A model generated the notes under the pieces. That model was not told where the DNA came from, searched no databases, and saw only the letters and a list, made by a program, of their open reading frames with translations. A DNA stretch of 64,000 nt from Iphione sp. A-MEVVRFRX5 (lineage: Eukaryota). Where the stretch lies: contig OZ320313.1 in NCBI GenBank assembly GCA_976226885.1, forward strand, positions 146,754,001-146,818,000, in the 5' to 3' direction. The number at the start of each line of letters is the position of its first letter. Position 1 is the first letter of the stretch. Shown here one piece after another: positions 26,301-45,272 of the stretch. The translations under genes and the position numbers were made by a program.

Positions 26301-27697
26301 ATGCTCCTCCTCTTCACAGTCAAATGTGGACTTGTACAGTGCTCTGAAAGATGGTGGCGGTTTGAATGTTGATACGACCAATCCTCTCACACTCAAGCCA
26401 GAGATCAAGAGGGTCTACAAATCAGGTGTCATTGAAAAGGTGTGGCCTTCTGTGAGAAAGATAATTCTTGTTTTTATCAAGTTAGTAAGCAATATTTGAA
26501 TGAATCACCCTTTCTCACATCCCCTTTATAGAATACTTCTCACAAACAGTGACGAGGAGAAAATGTTGGTCTCTCTAGAGGGGTAACATATCCAACAAAT
26601 GTTCTGACCACCAACATTTTGAGTGGAAGATGGTATGTCGCTCTTTGCATCGATACCGTTTATATTGGATACTTGTCTCAGCGTGTTTAATGGTACGGAA
26701 CTTTGCCAATTGAATATATGTATACACTCATACCCTTTTAAATGCACACTTTGATTACATATTTCCATCTGAATGATAGATTTACAACAGCAGCTACACT
26801 TCCCTAGTGAAATAAATCTTGACCTTTCATTATTGTAGGTGAAAATATAGATGCCTGTGGATGCCAAAGAAATTGTATGTGTTACGTTTGATAAAAAAGA
26901 TTCCACAAAAATGACTTGATTTCCGCCCTATTATGTACTCTCGCTCCTACGCTGACATAATAGTAATAAATAGTAAAAAGCTGCACACGTTTTTAATAGC
27001 AAGGTATGAATAGATTATATGAACACATTTCCATTTCCTAGCATACATGTACTTCATTTCTGATGACTGTTTTTCACGAATGCAAAAAACCATTAATTCA
27101 AAAGAAAGAGTCTGTAGAGGTTAACTGTTTGGTATGTATTAAAGGCTTGGGCCGAGTTGGGAGCATGTCTAGGGGGGCGATTAGCAATTTTATGGTGTTG
27201 ATGATCTATAAACAGGCCGGTAAACGGGCAAATGATATAAGTCCAAGATGCAGGTGCGGAATACTTCTTTTATTCTTTCTCCCTATTTTCAGGTTAAATA
27301 CGTTACTTGGGTGGTTAAGCGGGAGAAATGGTATCATACACAAGCTTTGGGCGACTTAGCCTTGCTAAAATCGCTGCATGTTCATAGATGTTCTTATTTT
27401 AATGTAGGCATGCAGATATTTTGTGGCACTTCATGACATTCTCGGTACGATCGTACAATGGCTGTCCTACCCACAGGGGCTGGTTCCTCGTATCTGGTGG
27501 TCGTTCATTCTAACCTTGTAGTCGGGTTCGGGAAACAATTCACGTATTTATTTACCTTAATAAAAAGATACAAGGTTATTTTCAAGGTAGATACAGCATG
27601 CGATCGGAAGACTACGTCATGTGTATGTTTCATAGGTATTGAAATTCTCCTTCAACTTGAGCTGAAAATGATCCTCTCTGTTTTCTCCTACACCTCA

Positions 27698-30600
27698 GGA
27701 TTAAAGTGCCCCACTAGAAGCTTTGCTATGCTGCAGCACTCGTGAAGTTTCCTCTTGTTCTTCCGCAGCTTGCACTACAGCACTCCGCAGCAGTATCATA
27801 AGCCTGTGCCATCACGGCATCATAACCAAGAGTGCCACATCGTTCTATCTCCATGCTACATTCTAATGGCCGACAAGGAACAAGCCACACTACCTGCAAG
27901 GTGGAATCCAGTGGGGGAAGAGAAACCATTGGAGTGTGAAGAGTGTGGCGAAGGATTTGCACAAGCATTCAACCAATACCACCATGTCCAGGACAAGAAA
28001 TGCCATGATGGGTTCAGGTGGATCTGTCCAGGCAGAGACTGCAAAAGCTCGGCTTTCCACTGGTGTACCGACTGGAAGCGTCACCTTCAGAAACTTCAGA
28101 GTCAACAATCTAGGACAACCGTCAACATCACATATGTCCGGTTCAAGGGGTTGAACCCAACCCCAGGGGAGGCAATCCCCTGCCCCCCCCCCAAGTTTGA
28201 AGACCATCTGGATAAGTTGAGGAAGAAAGAGGCAACCAGCAGGTGCAAGGACCTCCAGGCCCTGATTGGAGAGGTGGGGTCATCCAGAAGTAAGACCTTG
28301 AGCCATGAAACTTTCACCTTGCAGTCAACACTGGTAGGGAGGAAGCAACCCAGCCTTCCCCCAGCAGACAGCCCTCAGCATCAATCTCACAGCCACCCCC
28401 ACAGCAATCAGCATCTACATTTGCCCAACACAAAAGCCACAGCAGCAGACCAGGCAAGTTCAGAAGTGCCGGACACCCCCCCCCCCCCCTTACTGAGCTT
28501 GTCAGAAGAAGGCACCACAGACCCCCGTCCAAGCTGTCTCCACTGAGGTGGATCATCTCTTCATGAAAAAGAGGTTACAACTTCACCATGCATGCCCAGC
28601 ACCCCTGTGTGGAAGGGCCCCTGCACTCCTGAGGAGCCCCCTGCACAGGGTAGCATGTCCGAATCTGCCAAAGGACTGACAGGCACCTCAAAGGAAAGTG
28701 TACAGCTCAGCCCATGCGACTGAGCGGCTACAGCCCAGGAGGCCTATAGCCAGGAGAGTAGCGGCTTGGAGTCAGCTCCACCATCCTGTTATGCAGAGGG
28801 AATGGCTCCTAAAACTTATGAAAAGATACGCTGCCCACCATGTCTGGGCAGAAACAAGCGGTTGCCTCTATCTGCCTTGCACTGGCCCCATCTGCCAGGA
28901 TCGATCTACCCCTGAGCCTTGACATGGTCACAGGCTGTTTATGGAGGATGAAGGGGAGGCGGGCTGTCCTAGGACACCCTCAAACCCCCAACTTGGAGGG
29001 GGGGAGGAGGGACCTTCCGTATCCACCAGCACTAGTGATGGAGGACAAGCTGAATTCAGGGTCCCCCCAGGCAGCGCCGTGCCGGGCCCACTACTCCCTT
29101 CCGGATCCCGGAGAAAAATCCTTGGCCGTCAATGCAGGGTGGGCCAATCAGGCAGGTGGATGTACCAGAGACTAGTATGTAGACTAGCCATGTCAATGCC
29201 ACACAACTGTCAGCATGTGGGGGGACACGACCAGGGCTCCGTCTCCCTCAATGGCCCCTACCCCACAGAAGAAGGAGAGGAAGATGAGCCTGCTCACCTC
29301 GGTTATCCCCAATACTATGGGAGATTTAGTGTGCGACATTAGCTCTGGGTCAGATGATTTTGTCAGCCTCTTCCAGGATGACTCTAAGTTAGAGGGAGGA
29401 GTAGTAACAATTACCTCTGTCCACACCTTGGATACGGCTCTGGCCAGGATAGGGGGTCTGGTGCAGGTGTCCCTGCCCCTTACTAACGAGATACTACTGG
29501 CTGACATGGCAACGACAAGTCAGCCACCACAGCCAGAAGATGAAGCAGCCCCTAACCAGGCCAGCCAACCCTGATGCTGACCGAGGAGGGCAACAAGGTC
29601 CCACTGGATGCCATGCAGCAGGGTCAGGGTGATAGCAGAGTTGGTGAGCTGACCACTGCCCCTGCCATGTCGGAATGAGCCCCTGTCGACGTTCAGCTGG
29701 TCCTGGCAGGGAGAGAGGAAGAGATAACTGACGCAGTCAGTCAAGATGAGACTGTGGCACAGCCACTAGAGGGGGATGAAACAGCCAGTCAGGCCAAGTC
29801 CGCAGCCCAGCTGCCACGCCTGGTTGGTTGAGGTGATGAGCACTACCAGCAGAGCAAACCAGGAAGTGTTAGCACAGGAGCACCTCTATCAGCCAGTGCA
29901 GTGCGTACTGCCAGGCCTTTACCCTAAAAGCCTATTCCATGGGAACTTCAGGCAATCTGAGAAGCTCATATTAAAGAATACACCTGCTAACCTTTAACTA
30001 TAATTAAGGTTGGCATGAAAATGTCTAGGTATTATTGTATTATAACATTTTGCTGTTTTTCATCCCTTGTACATTGCCTTTCCTTGAAGTATGTTTGTGC
30101 CTATGTTTGTGCTGTAATTGTCTGTCCTGGCATAATCATATTGAGACAATCTACATTTGATTGCTAAATTATTACTTGATTTAAGTCATCTTATTATTTT
30201 TTTGAAGATCTCATGTAGCAAAACATGAGAAATGAATAAACCATTCGTATTTGTATAATACTGCTAGGCCTCCCTGCCAGTGAAGCAGATCAGGGAGAAG
30301 CAACACAAGAACAACTGGACCAGCCAGTGCAGCACACCTCGTCAGCACACCCCTATTTGAGTGCACCAGCTCGGAACTGCTCCAGGAGCAAGCCAAGTGG
30401 GTCTGCGACCGCGGATGCCTGCTAACCCAGGTGCACCCACCATCATCGCTGTTCAGCTCAAGAGTGGTAGCTGGAAAGTTCCTGATGTTCCCTACTCCCG
30501 TACAGGACATTTATGGGCCAGCACGGCTGGAGGAGGCCATTCCCAATGAGGTGTATGTCTGGGTGGCAGTACATATGATATCAACTGAATTGGCACTGCC

Positions 30601-31155
30601 AGATGGATGGGAAGTGGTCTCCTATGAAAATGCACTGGATTTGCAAATCTTTACAAAAGGACAAGTAAAAGTTTCAATTCGGTAAAACCTATGGTTCTGG
30701 AGGACTGGGCTGCTGGTACAGGGATCTGAGCTAGTCTGCTGGCATGCCATGCATGGAGTCGTGCTGACTCTGGGACAGTCTCTGAGATTGGGTACCTAGC
30801 ATAAGTCAGTGGCTGAGGGAGGCCTGGTGGAAGTAGTGATGCGAGGACAGTTCTACTACCCTGAAAGGGACTCCAGTTCATGTTTGACATTTTCGTGTGT
30901 TTGGACTTCCATGTTGGATTACGATGTTTGTGTGATGTTGCTTGGAGACAAGGGCCCTCTAAGAGGGGGAGGGGTAGTGTAGCCACTATGTGGGTAGTGT
31001 GGCATGCAGCATGCACCGTGCAGCATGTGGCACATGGCATTCTAGTTCATGCAGCACTAGGAGTGGGTATCAGGCTATATTTTTATAAGCAGGGGCCCCT
31101 AGTGCTTGAGTTCAGTTCGGTTGTGACACTTTTACTTTTGTATTTATTCAATAAA
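27698..31155 (+). pseudogene. Unidentified decayed gene or element with two N-terminal C2H2-like zinc fingers
   Basis: ORF 27755-28546 contains CEECGEGFAQAFNQYHHVQDKKCH and CPGRDCKSSAFHWCTDWKRHL. Coding-like broken frames continue to ~31000. An AT-rich intron-like insert runs ~30028-30268, and AATAAA lies at 31150-31155. Confidence 0.5.
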
Positions 31156-31755
31156 TCTTGTTACCCTAACCAGAGTCATGTCTCTGTTAAGAAGCTGGTG
31201 CTACAGTATGTACGTATCTAAATACACCCATAGATGTAATGTGTATCTAAATGCCTGTCAAGAAAATGTAATAGATTATCGGAAGGTTAGGAGAATCTGG
31301 TAAGGCATATTCACACTACGTTCTCATCAGTTCAAACCTTAATTGTCCTGTTGGTTCTGTGGCGGGTATGAGTCCTGTTAAAGGTTGCATGTGGTGTGTT
31401 GCTGGAAATCACCCTATCAGGATGAAAATATTTTTACATGTATATAATGAGTAACGAAGATATTATCAAAATTTTAGCTCCTCTCGCATGAAACCAAAAA
31501 GCCAGTTTAGTAAGGCATAAATGATAGAGTGAGAGACTTTGCTCTGGAGTGATATGCCAAGCACTGCTCCAATTACCACACTGAAGCAATTAAGGCGCTA
31601 TCAGGAGCGGCCATATCTGTAGCAGCAAACGATTGAATATTTCATGTGACAATGAAAACTTACGTATGCATGTACATTATTAATTCAAGTCTACATGTAA
31701 ATGTATACATGCATATACATGTATATTATACATAAACACATGTAAATGTTAATAA

Positions 31756-32101
31756 GGCCAAAAAATGGGTGTGTTTCTGGTAACCCACACCTACCTAGTA
31801 AAACCTCACCCTACCTCATTTTTTTTGGGACCCAAAGAGTTTCCAAGGCTGAATTTCCTTAGATATGTGTTTTCACAGCAAATGTTTTGGGTAAATTCAG
31901 TAGAAAAACAACATAATTCATGGAAATTCACTAAAAAACTATGAAACTCATACAAATTGGTCAAAATTCTTCATAGTGTCTTCATTGTTATTGAAAACCA
32001 GAAAAAGAAAGTGGAAAAAAATCTAAACAAAAAAGATACCCCACTCCCTACCTACGTTTTTGGCTGGTCATTAACAGAAACACACCTTTTTGGGGGGGGG
32101 C
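31756..32101 (+). mobile_element. Harbinger-like MITE
   Basis: Ends TAA|ggccaaaaaa and tttttggggggggggc|TAA. Homologous to 21106-21385. Confidence 0.8.
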
Positions 32102-32656
32102 TAAAATGAAAGTGATATATGGCAAGCATCAAACGGCAATCGATGAGTATTTGAAATGCCATTTCAGACTGGGAAAGTCCTACCCAGACAATTCACCATC
32201 TGATTAGGCACATTCAACTTCTCTTTGTGGCCTCGGCAATAAGCAGTCGCTCATCATAAAGCAAAGAGATGGATCACCTTCATCAAATTTTTCGAATTTA
32301 AAATGTCAATTTTGTAGGGATCGGAAAAAAACAACACCTGGCAAAATTCAATATATTACATTTCGCACTCGGTGCAAATACATGGTCACGAACTTCAGTT
32401 TGGAAAAGCAAGTGCCCTAACTGATAACAACCAATGAGACCTAACTCGAGACAAACTAGTATTCTATCTCTACTGCGAGTACGTTAGTTCCTCATGATAT
32501 TGGTTTTTACCAATGTTCAGTAATCTAAAATAGTGGCCCTAGGGAGGCTTACATTTCTTTGTACAGATCACGATAACGAGTCCATTGAAAGAGTACTGCT
32601 TTATACCGGTGATGTTCTACACAAGCCATTGATGTAACAACACGGTTTCTCCGGCC

Positions 32657-34054
32657 CTACCTCCTGTTAGAAATGGTAATCACTTCAGATTCGGGTTCCT
32701 CCTGACCAGCCCCATTCCGTTCCCGCTGGGGTGGCAGTCGCGTCATACATTTACATAGAGTTCTGACTCGCATGCAAGACTGCCTGCAGAGAATCTTAAG
32801 CGCAGCGCGGAAACGCTTTGCTCCGAAGCTGTAAAGGAAAAAGTTGACGGAAAAATTGATGTAGTATAAGAACTGGAAGCATTCTTGCAGGCGAATGCCG
32901 ACCTCGGGTGGTCTGAAGGAGCTCGAGGCCATCTGGCGGTACAGGTAGTACGTACGCACTGCATGGCTGGGGGCGTTGAGGACGAGAAACACAGCAGAGA
33001 CGATGAACAAGAGGCGGGTGGTCCTCAGGTGTCTCCTTGCGGATGATAATCGCTGGTGTCGGCCGAGACCGAAGTCTGTTTTTCGATTGCTTCGATGAGG
33101 AGGCTCGGCCTGACCGACATTTTGTGTGTGTGACTGGTTCGAGTCGTCACTCCTGAAGAGATCCCTGACCCGCCGATTACTGCAGAAGTGGAAGCAGCTA
33201 CGTCGTGGGTGGCGTCGGACACGGTCACTCCGACTGCAGGTTACCCGTCCAAAGGTAGTCACACAGCTGCGCCTGCTGTGGCCTTCCTCTGATGGCGCTG
33301 TTGATGGACGATCCGTAACGACTACTGTCGATGTACCCTCCACGTAGCGATGGGCGTTGTAGATGCGGATCCCAATACGCAGATTGAGCAGGACGATGAA
33401 CAGTGAGGGTACAACCATGGTAAGGACACCATCGATGCCGACAGCTACGGTGAGCAACCCGGCGAATGATTCGTCTGGGAAGCAGAAGGGCCGATCGTCG
33501 GCGTAAACCACGGTCGACGTCCACCAAGCGAAGCTGTAACCAACGAGCGCGCCGCCACTCAGCGCACACGTGACGATGCGCGCGCGTCGCGTCGAACACA
33601 TGACATGACGCGCAATAGGGTGACAAACGGCGATATAGCGCTCGACCGTAAAGGCAAGAAGGTACCATACGCTGAGGAAGCCGCACACGTAGGATACGTA
33701 GATGACGGTCTGACACCAGCCGCGCCCGTTGAACCAGGCCACGCCCAGCCAGGAGAACCAGTTGGCCAGGACAGTGAAGAGGAAGCCGCTGTCGACGACG
33801 GCTAGGGCCGCCAGATATACGCTGGAGCTCTGTCGCCGTAGGGGCGTGCACAGAAAGACGCAGGTGGCAAGCGTGTTTGTAACCACGCCCACGAGGACGA
33901 TAAGCGGTGTTGCGTAGACGTTGAGTACCGTCATGGCGCGCCGGAAGGAAACGTCCACTTGGCGCACTGATGGTGCGGGTTCCGTCCACGTAACGGTCAT
34001 GTTTGTGAGGCACTCATTAAAACAGGTCGTGTAAGCCACTCCGTCGTCGGCCAT
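32657..34054 (-). CDS. Intronless class A (rhodopsin-like) GPCR, FMRFamide/sex-peptide/TRH-receptor-like group, about 465 aa
   Basis: Seven hydrophobic segments, with SSSVYLAALAVVD (TM2), ERYIAVCHP (TM3), LNAPSH (TM6), INFSVNFFLY (TM7) and an N-terminal NMT sequon. The ORF track starts at a GTG (34099); the first ATG is at 34054 (MADDG). The ligand is unknown. Confidence 0.95.
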   Translation of the reverse strand: MADDGVAYTTCFNECLTNMTVTWTEPAPSVRQVDVSFRRAMTVLNVYATPLIVLVGVVTNTLATCVFLCTPLRRQSSSVYLAALAVVDSGFLFTVLANWFSWLGVAWFNGRGWCQTVIYVSYVCGFLSVWYLLAFTVERYIAVCHPIARHVMCSTRRARIVTCALSGGALVGYSFAWWTSTVVYADDRPFCFPDESFAGLLTVAVGIDGVLTMVVPSLFIVLLNLRIGIRIYNAHRYVEGTSTVVVTDRPSTAPSEEGHSRRSCVTTFGRVTCSRSDRVRRHPRRSCFHFCSNRRVRDLFRSDDSNQSHTQNVGQAEPPHRSNRKTDFGLGRHQRLSSARRHLRTTRLLFIVSAVFLVLNAPSHAVRTYYLYRQMASSSFRPPEVGIRLQECFQFLYYINFSVNFFLYSFGAKRFRAALKILCRQSCMRVRTLCKCMTRLPPQRERNGAGQEEPESEVITISNRR

Positions 34055-34229
34055 CTCGTCCCTTTTCCAAATTTCGGTGCACAAACAGTTCTCTACCACA
34101 AATGCTCACGGGAAGGAAGATGCATATATCATTTTCCTTTTAAGTTTGAGTGTTTTTCTGATGAGCCCATATATACTGCCAACTTCTTTTGGAGAAGCCT
34201 CTAGAATCATCATTCCGAACACCCTGGAT

Positions 34230-34500
34230 AGGCGAGAGTATATAAATAATTAGGAAACGATTATTCATTTGAATATTTTCGACATTCAAAAGATATAAAA
34301 CTAGGGGATGTAAAGCTAGATCAGGTGAGCAAGTTAAATACTTGTACTCGGGATTGAAGCTATCCAATACTTTATCGTGGAAGGAATATCTAAGTGAGGT
34401 TTTATCCAAGGGATATGCTAAAGTAAAAGTAAGAAGATACCTAGACTGAGATGCATCACTCAGTGATATAAAAGAAATGCTACTTCCAGAATATAGTAAT
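34230..34500 (+). mobile_element. Old LINE RT C-terminal remnant
   Basis: Plus strand with one frameshift reads DIKLGDVKLDQ/EQVKYL..GLKLSNTLSWKEYL..KVRRYLD*DASL..KEMLLP. This is the same region as ILENKNLGRVRNFKLLG..LRRVR in the 3148 LINE. Confidence 0.6.
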
Positions 34501-35899
34501 TTTGTGTTGGCCAGGTTTACAGGGTCACTAATGGACAAATATCCATCCGTATAACCTTCTATAGAACTGCAGTATGGCCAATAACGGCACCATGGAATAA
34601 TGGACTCCACTGCGTTGAGGCTTGGATATATGGAAAACGCAACGATTTGGCCGGATGAACTTATGAGTGGGATCCATTTAACTAGATCGAGTAACAAAAG
34701 GAAGGTATATATCACTTTGCCAAAAAATGTGAAATGTAGGAAGGGACCTGTATATGCTTTTCAACTACTATTAAAAGCCCATGAAACAAACTGCTATCAT
34801 AAACCGATGAAAGCATTAAGGAAAAGGATATAATCCAGTAAAATCATTAGGGCAAATTTCTTTGGGTCATGATAATGCACTTGATGACATCACTTCGTAG
34901 TGTTCAAAAGGTAAATTTAAGTTGGTAATAACATTGAAGAGAAAGGTTCCCTACTTTGACATCGGATCTGATCCTAGAGCTGGGGAGTTCAGTGTAAAGT
35001 CTGGTAATTTAAATCTGTTTATGCCTACTCACTGGATGTGATCCTGTTGAGATTGTTTTGGAAATACATGTAATCACAGTAATTAACATTATCTTTTGGA
35101 GACTTAGTCATAATGGAACTGTATGTGACCCTGCAGAGACTGGCTTCGATCTATGTGAACCTATATACATATATCTACTACACACTAGATGTTATCCGGT
35201 TGAATGCCGTAAAAATATGACTATGCGACTTCTGCATCATGTATATTATACTAGATGTCAAGTAAATAATGATAATTATAAGGATAAGATCGTGGTAGTA
35301 CACTAAACTAGCTAGAATGAAATTTTAAATTTATTAGAAGTGTGAAGCGTCGAGACACCCAGTCCACTTAATACTAAATACTAATATTGATATGAATATG
35401 AATGATTACCACTGGTAAGAAATACATTTTATGTGTAGTATGTTACCAGGATAAATACAGTTCTATATATATTGTCGTTCTGTCCTAAAACTGTATTTTG
35501 ATGGAACCACATATAGAAGGTAAAGAGTATCCTTCACTGTAAAAATGTATTTGGCATCAACATGTTAATATGGTGATACCAAACACAAGTTTTAACAAAC
35601 TCTTAACAATTCCCATCAGCTGGTGTTCCTAATAGTGCCTGAATAGACCCACACTCTTAACATCAAAGCTATTTATTTTGCCTCTAAAAGTGTCTGAAAG
35701 CGTAAGAAGCCTGTGAGCATACTGATACTTTTTTTTTCAATTAAACATGTGGGTGTTAATTTCTTTAAACACAGTAGCAGATATTAAAAGTGTAAGACAA
35801 AAAATGTTTCAAACCAAACACTAGTTTACTAAAGTGCTACTTAAATGGAAAGTAGATACAGTTACACAACACACTTGAGTTGAGTGCTAATTATTCACT

Positions 35900-37350
35900 A
35901 CGTACCTCAGCAGATGCGTTCGTTACTCTAACATTGCGAACGGGGCGGTTTTCCTCCCGTTTTAGCATGAAGGTGGATCGTATCCGATAATATACCATAG
36001 GCTTTTCCTTCTAGAACTATATCTCCTGACATGTATACGTCCTTCGTCGACGAATTCGCTGAAAATGGAGCTCGCAATGGTAGTCACCTCTTCCTTGACC
36101 ATGACAAACTCTTGTTTGCTCGCAAATGACTTTCTCCGCAAATATCTCCCTCTTTTCCTTTCTCCCTGCTTGCCTTTAGTTTTTAGCTGGACCCGCTTCC
36201 TATCCGGAATCCACTGAAAGGATTTCAGATTGGTCCACCAACCGCTACGGTCCGTTCAGGAGGGGCAAAGGTGTTTTTCCCCAACAATTGAAATGGGTCT
36301 GGAACCTTATCCCGTCCCGAGTAAAAGGAACCATCCCTCGGGAAGGTTTAACGGGCTCACACTATCAGCACCGCGTTGCTGTGTGGCAACAGACTGGGAA
36401 GTCCGACTGGGCGCCCCTAATAACGAGCTGCTCGCTTCATCTACCGAGTCTCTGCAGTTAATCAGCTGGTCTGCTCTTGTCGGGCCCGTGCACCGACTAC
36501 ATACCCATTGCCTCCCCGGAGCAACTGGTAATCTATGATACCAGGTAGAAAGAGTCTGCAGACTGGCGATCTTTTTAAGATAGAGAGATTTTGACAGCAG
36601 TTTGTTTACATACCTTATTGATGTTTAGATGATAAGTAATCGATTCATAGGTGATGTTATATAAGTGCCCGTAATAAAGTCCAATACATGTAGGCACAAC
36701 AATTAAACCCTGCAAAGATATAAGTATTTGTAGCGCTAGTTTTGAATATGCACTACATGTATGTAGACACATTTGCATATGTTGCATTTTTAGTGCATCC
36801 AGTAGCTGGTACAAGTATAAAACGGAAACTTTATTAACTTAAACAACGCAGCCATCTGTATTCAGATCCGGAGGGAGTCCGACTTTCATGAACTCTCTGT
36901 CGTGTTTACTTCCCTTGAGAATTTGCCAACTTGGGGCTTCTTATACACAAGATAAGTCCGTCTGCCAAATGGCCTTTGTACTGATATATATATAATGTAA
37001 CTAAACTTATATTTTCAAATAACTGGAAACTCATGTCATCTGCAATGATATCCTCCCTCTCAATCACGGAAGCATTACCATAAAGACAAAAAATCACCAC
37101 AGGCGTCTTTACAATTATAGTTTATATATGTATGTGGATTATACATGCTGTGTATACATATGCATACATCCTCCTACGTGAAATTGCTGCAGGTATCAAG
37201 TGAGATCAATAGAAAGATAATGAAAATAATCTGGACTCCGGGCAAAATAGCATGGGTCCCTATACATGTCACTATTATAGTTACGCAAAGGTTCAGAGTG
37301 CAGCGGACTGATAAGGGCGAAGGCAGATGCGCTCCACTTCCAGTAGCAAA
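35900..37350. promoter_or_regulatory. CpG-rich region between the divergent GPCR and PTGR2 starts (candidate shared promoter and 5' UTRs)
   Basis: The genes are head-to-head and the region is visibly CpG-rich against AT-rich flanks. A minus-strand donor GAG|gtacgt lies at 35906/35905. Confidence 0.4.
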
Positions 37351-43509
<6,159 letters not shown>

Positions 43510-43617
43510 AGATTCTCTCAGAAGATACTCTAAAGTTGACCCGCATTTGAAGAACATTTACGACATTACAATATGTATATATGTGTACCTGCACATGTAT
43601 TTGGTATTCCTCATATC

Positions 43618-43794
43618 CAGTCAAAACCCTATTTGCGACCACCACTTGGGACCAAGATCCAATGGTTGTATTGGTGAATTTAGTCATAAATCGATGACAA
43701 TTTGTATAGAAACTATGATTTTTTTTCATATCTTATCTGGTCGGATATTGGATATGGTCGCTGATCGATGCAGTCGCAAATAGGATCTCGACTA
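43618..43794. mobile_element. Short pogo-like MITE in the PTGR2 3' UTR
   Basis: Imperfect TIRs cagtcaaaaccctatttgcgac / gtcgcaaataggatctcgacta, lying between the stop codon and the poly(A) signals. Confidence 0.65.
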
Positions 43795-45272
43795 TGTGTA
43801 ACCTCACTTTGCTGATTTCTCTGGATCTTTCCTACAAGTAAGAATTTATATACATGTAAATGCACATACAGTTGACTCTCCCAATCCGACCCCCCTTCCT
43901 TCTGCCTAAAACTGGTCACATTTGGCTTACAGTGGTATTGCTGATCAGTTACCGATACCAATTATACACATAACTCCTGGTGAATTCAATGTAAAACATG
44001 CAATTCATGTGTAACTAATTGCTTTTTTAATACTGTTCTTGATGAATGTCATTATGAATGACATTGGCTGGAGAATAAGTTATTTAACTAGCTTTATTGA
44101 GATTATACATATCTTTTGTCTGTGTATTCGTATGTACAATGTATACACCACATGTAATAAAATTGGACAATAAAAAATATATTAGTTACCATGTACCATC
44201 CCTGCATTGATTTTCACGGGAAACACATTTCACACCTGTATTACAATTTTCTGGTCTTGGCGACAACACACAGCATCAGTTTTAGTATATGAGCTACTTC
44301 TGTCTACTCGATTGTTCTCGACTGTACATGCGACAATACCTAGTCATAGAAGGATTCTATGAGAAGATTGGTGGTCATATTATGGAAAATTCAATACAGA
44401 TATTCACCACTGGCATACGCTCTATTCTTTAATAATCTGGTTGCATTTTACGTGCGGTCAGTACTCAGATGTGGTTACAAGTGGGGAATCCACTTTACAT
44501 ACTATTGGTGTTTCACCAGTACATGTACTTGCTACAACAAGACTGTGGCAGTTTTGGTGACAATGTCACAAAAATACACAATCTAATGAGTGATGAGGTT
44601 GTGAAGGCATAAATGACACTGCCTATGTTGCGCAAGGATTTGTCAACTGAAATCATGTACAATTTGTAATGTATGGTCAAACACTGGAAAAGTAGTATAA
44701 AAAAGGCCGTTTAACAGGTGACATGTAATAATTATAACACGTGAGTGCAGATCATGGTTTAAGAGAAAACAAAATGTATACATCTATACAGCATTGGTAT
44801 ATCTAGGCTAAACCTCATTTTGGTACAGTCGCAACCTGCCCTTCAGATAATTCGAACATATGGGCGACCTATGGTTAAAGGAGAATGCTATCAACATAAA
44901 TATATTAGTTTAGCAAAGTAACATTTCTCTCTGACATGAAACTGATAGTTTAAAGATCCTCAAAGACTTCAAAAGATCGTAAATGAACTCAGTCTTTCTA
45001 ACCAGTTTAACCTAGCTTTACAAGACCTCGGAATGGAAATGTAGCGAGATCATTTGTATACAACAACTAAACAGTTCATCCTAGATATACAAATAAAGAC
45101 AACTACTTCTTGTTTCCAACATGGCTCCTCCCTAGTTATTACTACCAGCATTTGTGCTGGAACACAGCACTAATTGTGATAGAGACTATGTCGTTAGATA
45201 TAATGTTCTCAAAGTACTGTGTAATGTAATGTGTACAGTTATAAGATGTTAAGGAATGCCTTATACAAAGTA

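Noticed and set aside
26526-26906. 126-aa minus-strand ORF
   Set aside because: No recognisable motif, a non-ATG start, and no supporting splice or repeat context.
30560-30800. dUTPase-like motifs (LPDG..RTGL) in the unidentified block
   Set aside because: The spacing is wrong and the GxIDxDY motif is absent.
33225-34013. 262-aa alternative-frame ORF inside the GPCR
   Set aside because: GC-rich coding sequence has few off-frame stops, and the peptide shows no recognisable domain.
34140-34715. 191-aa minus-strand ORF with a hydrophobic N-terminus just upstream of the GPCR
   Set aside because: It starts at GTG with no early ATG, and it is antisense to a LINE RT remnant. A chance open frame is the simpler explanation.
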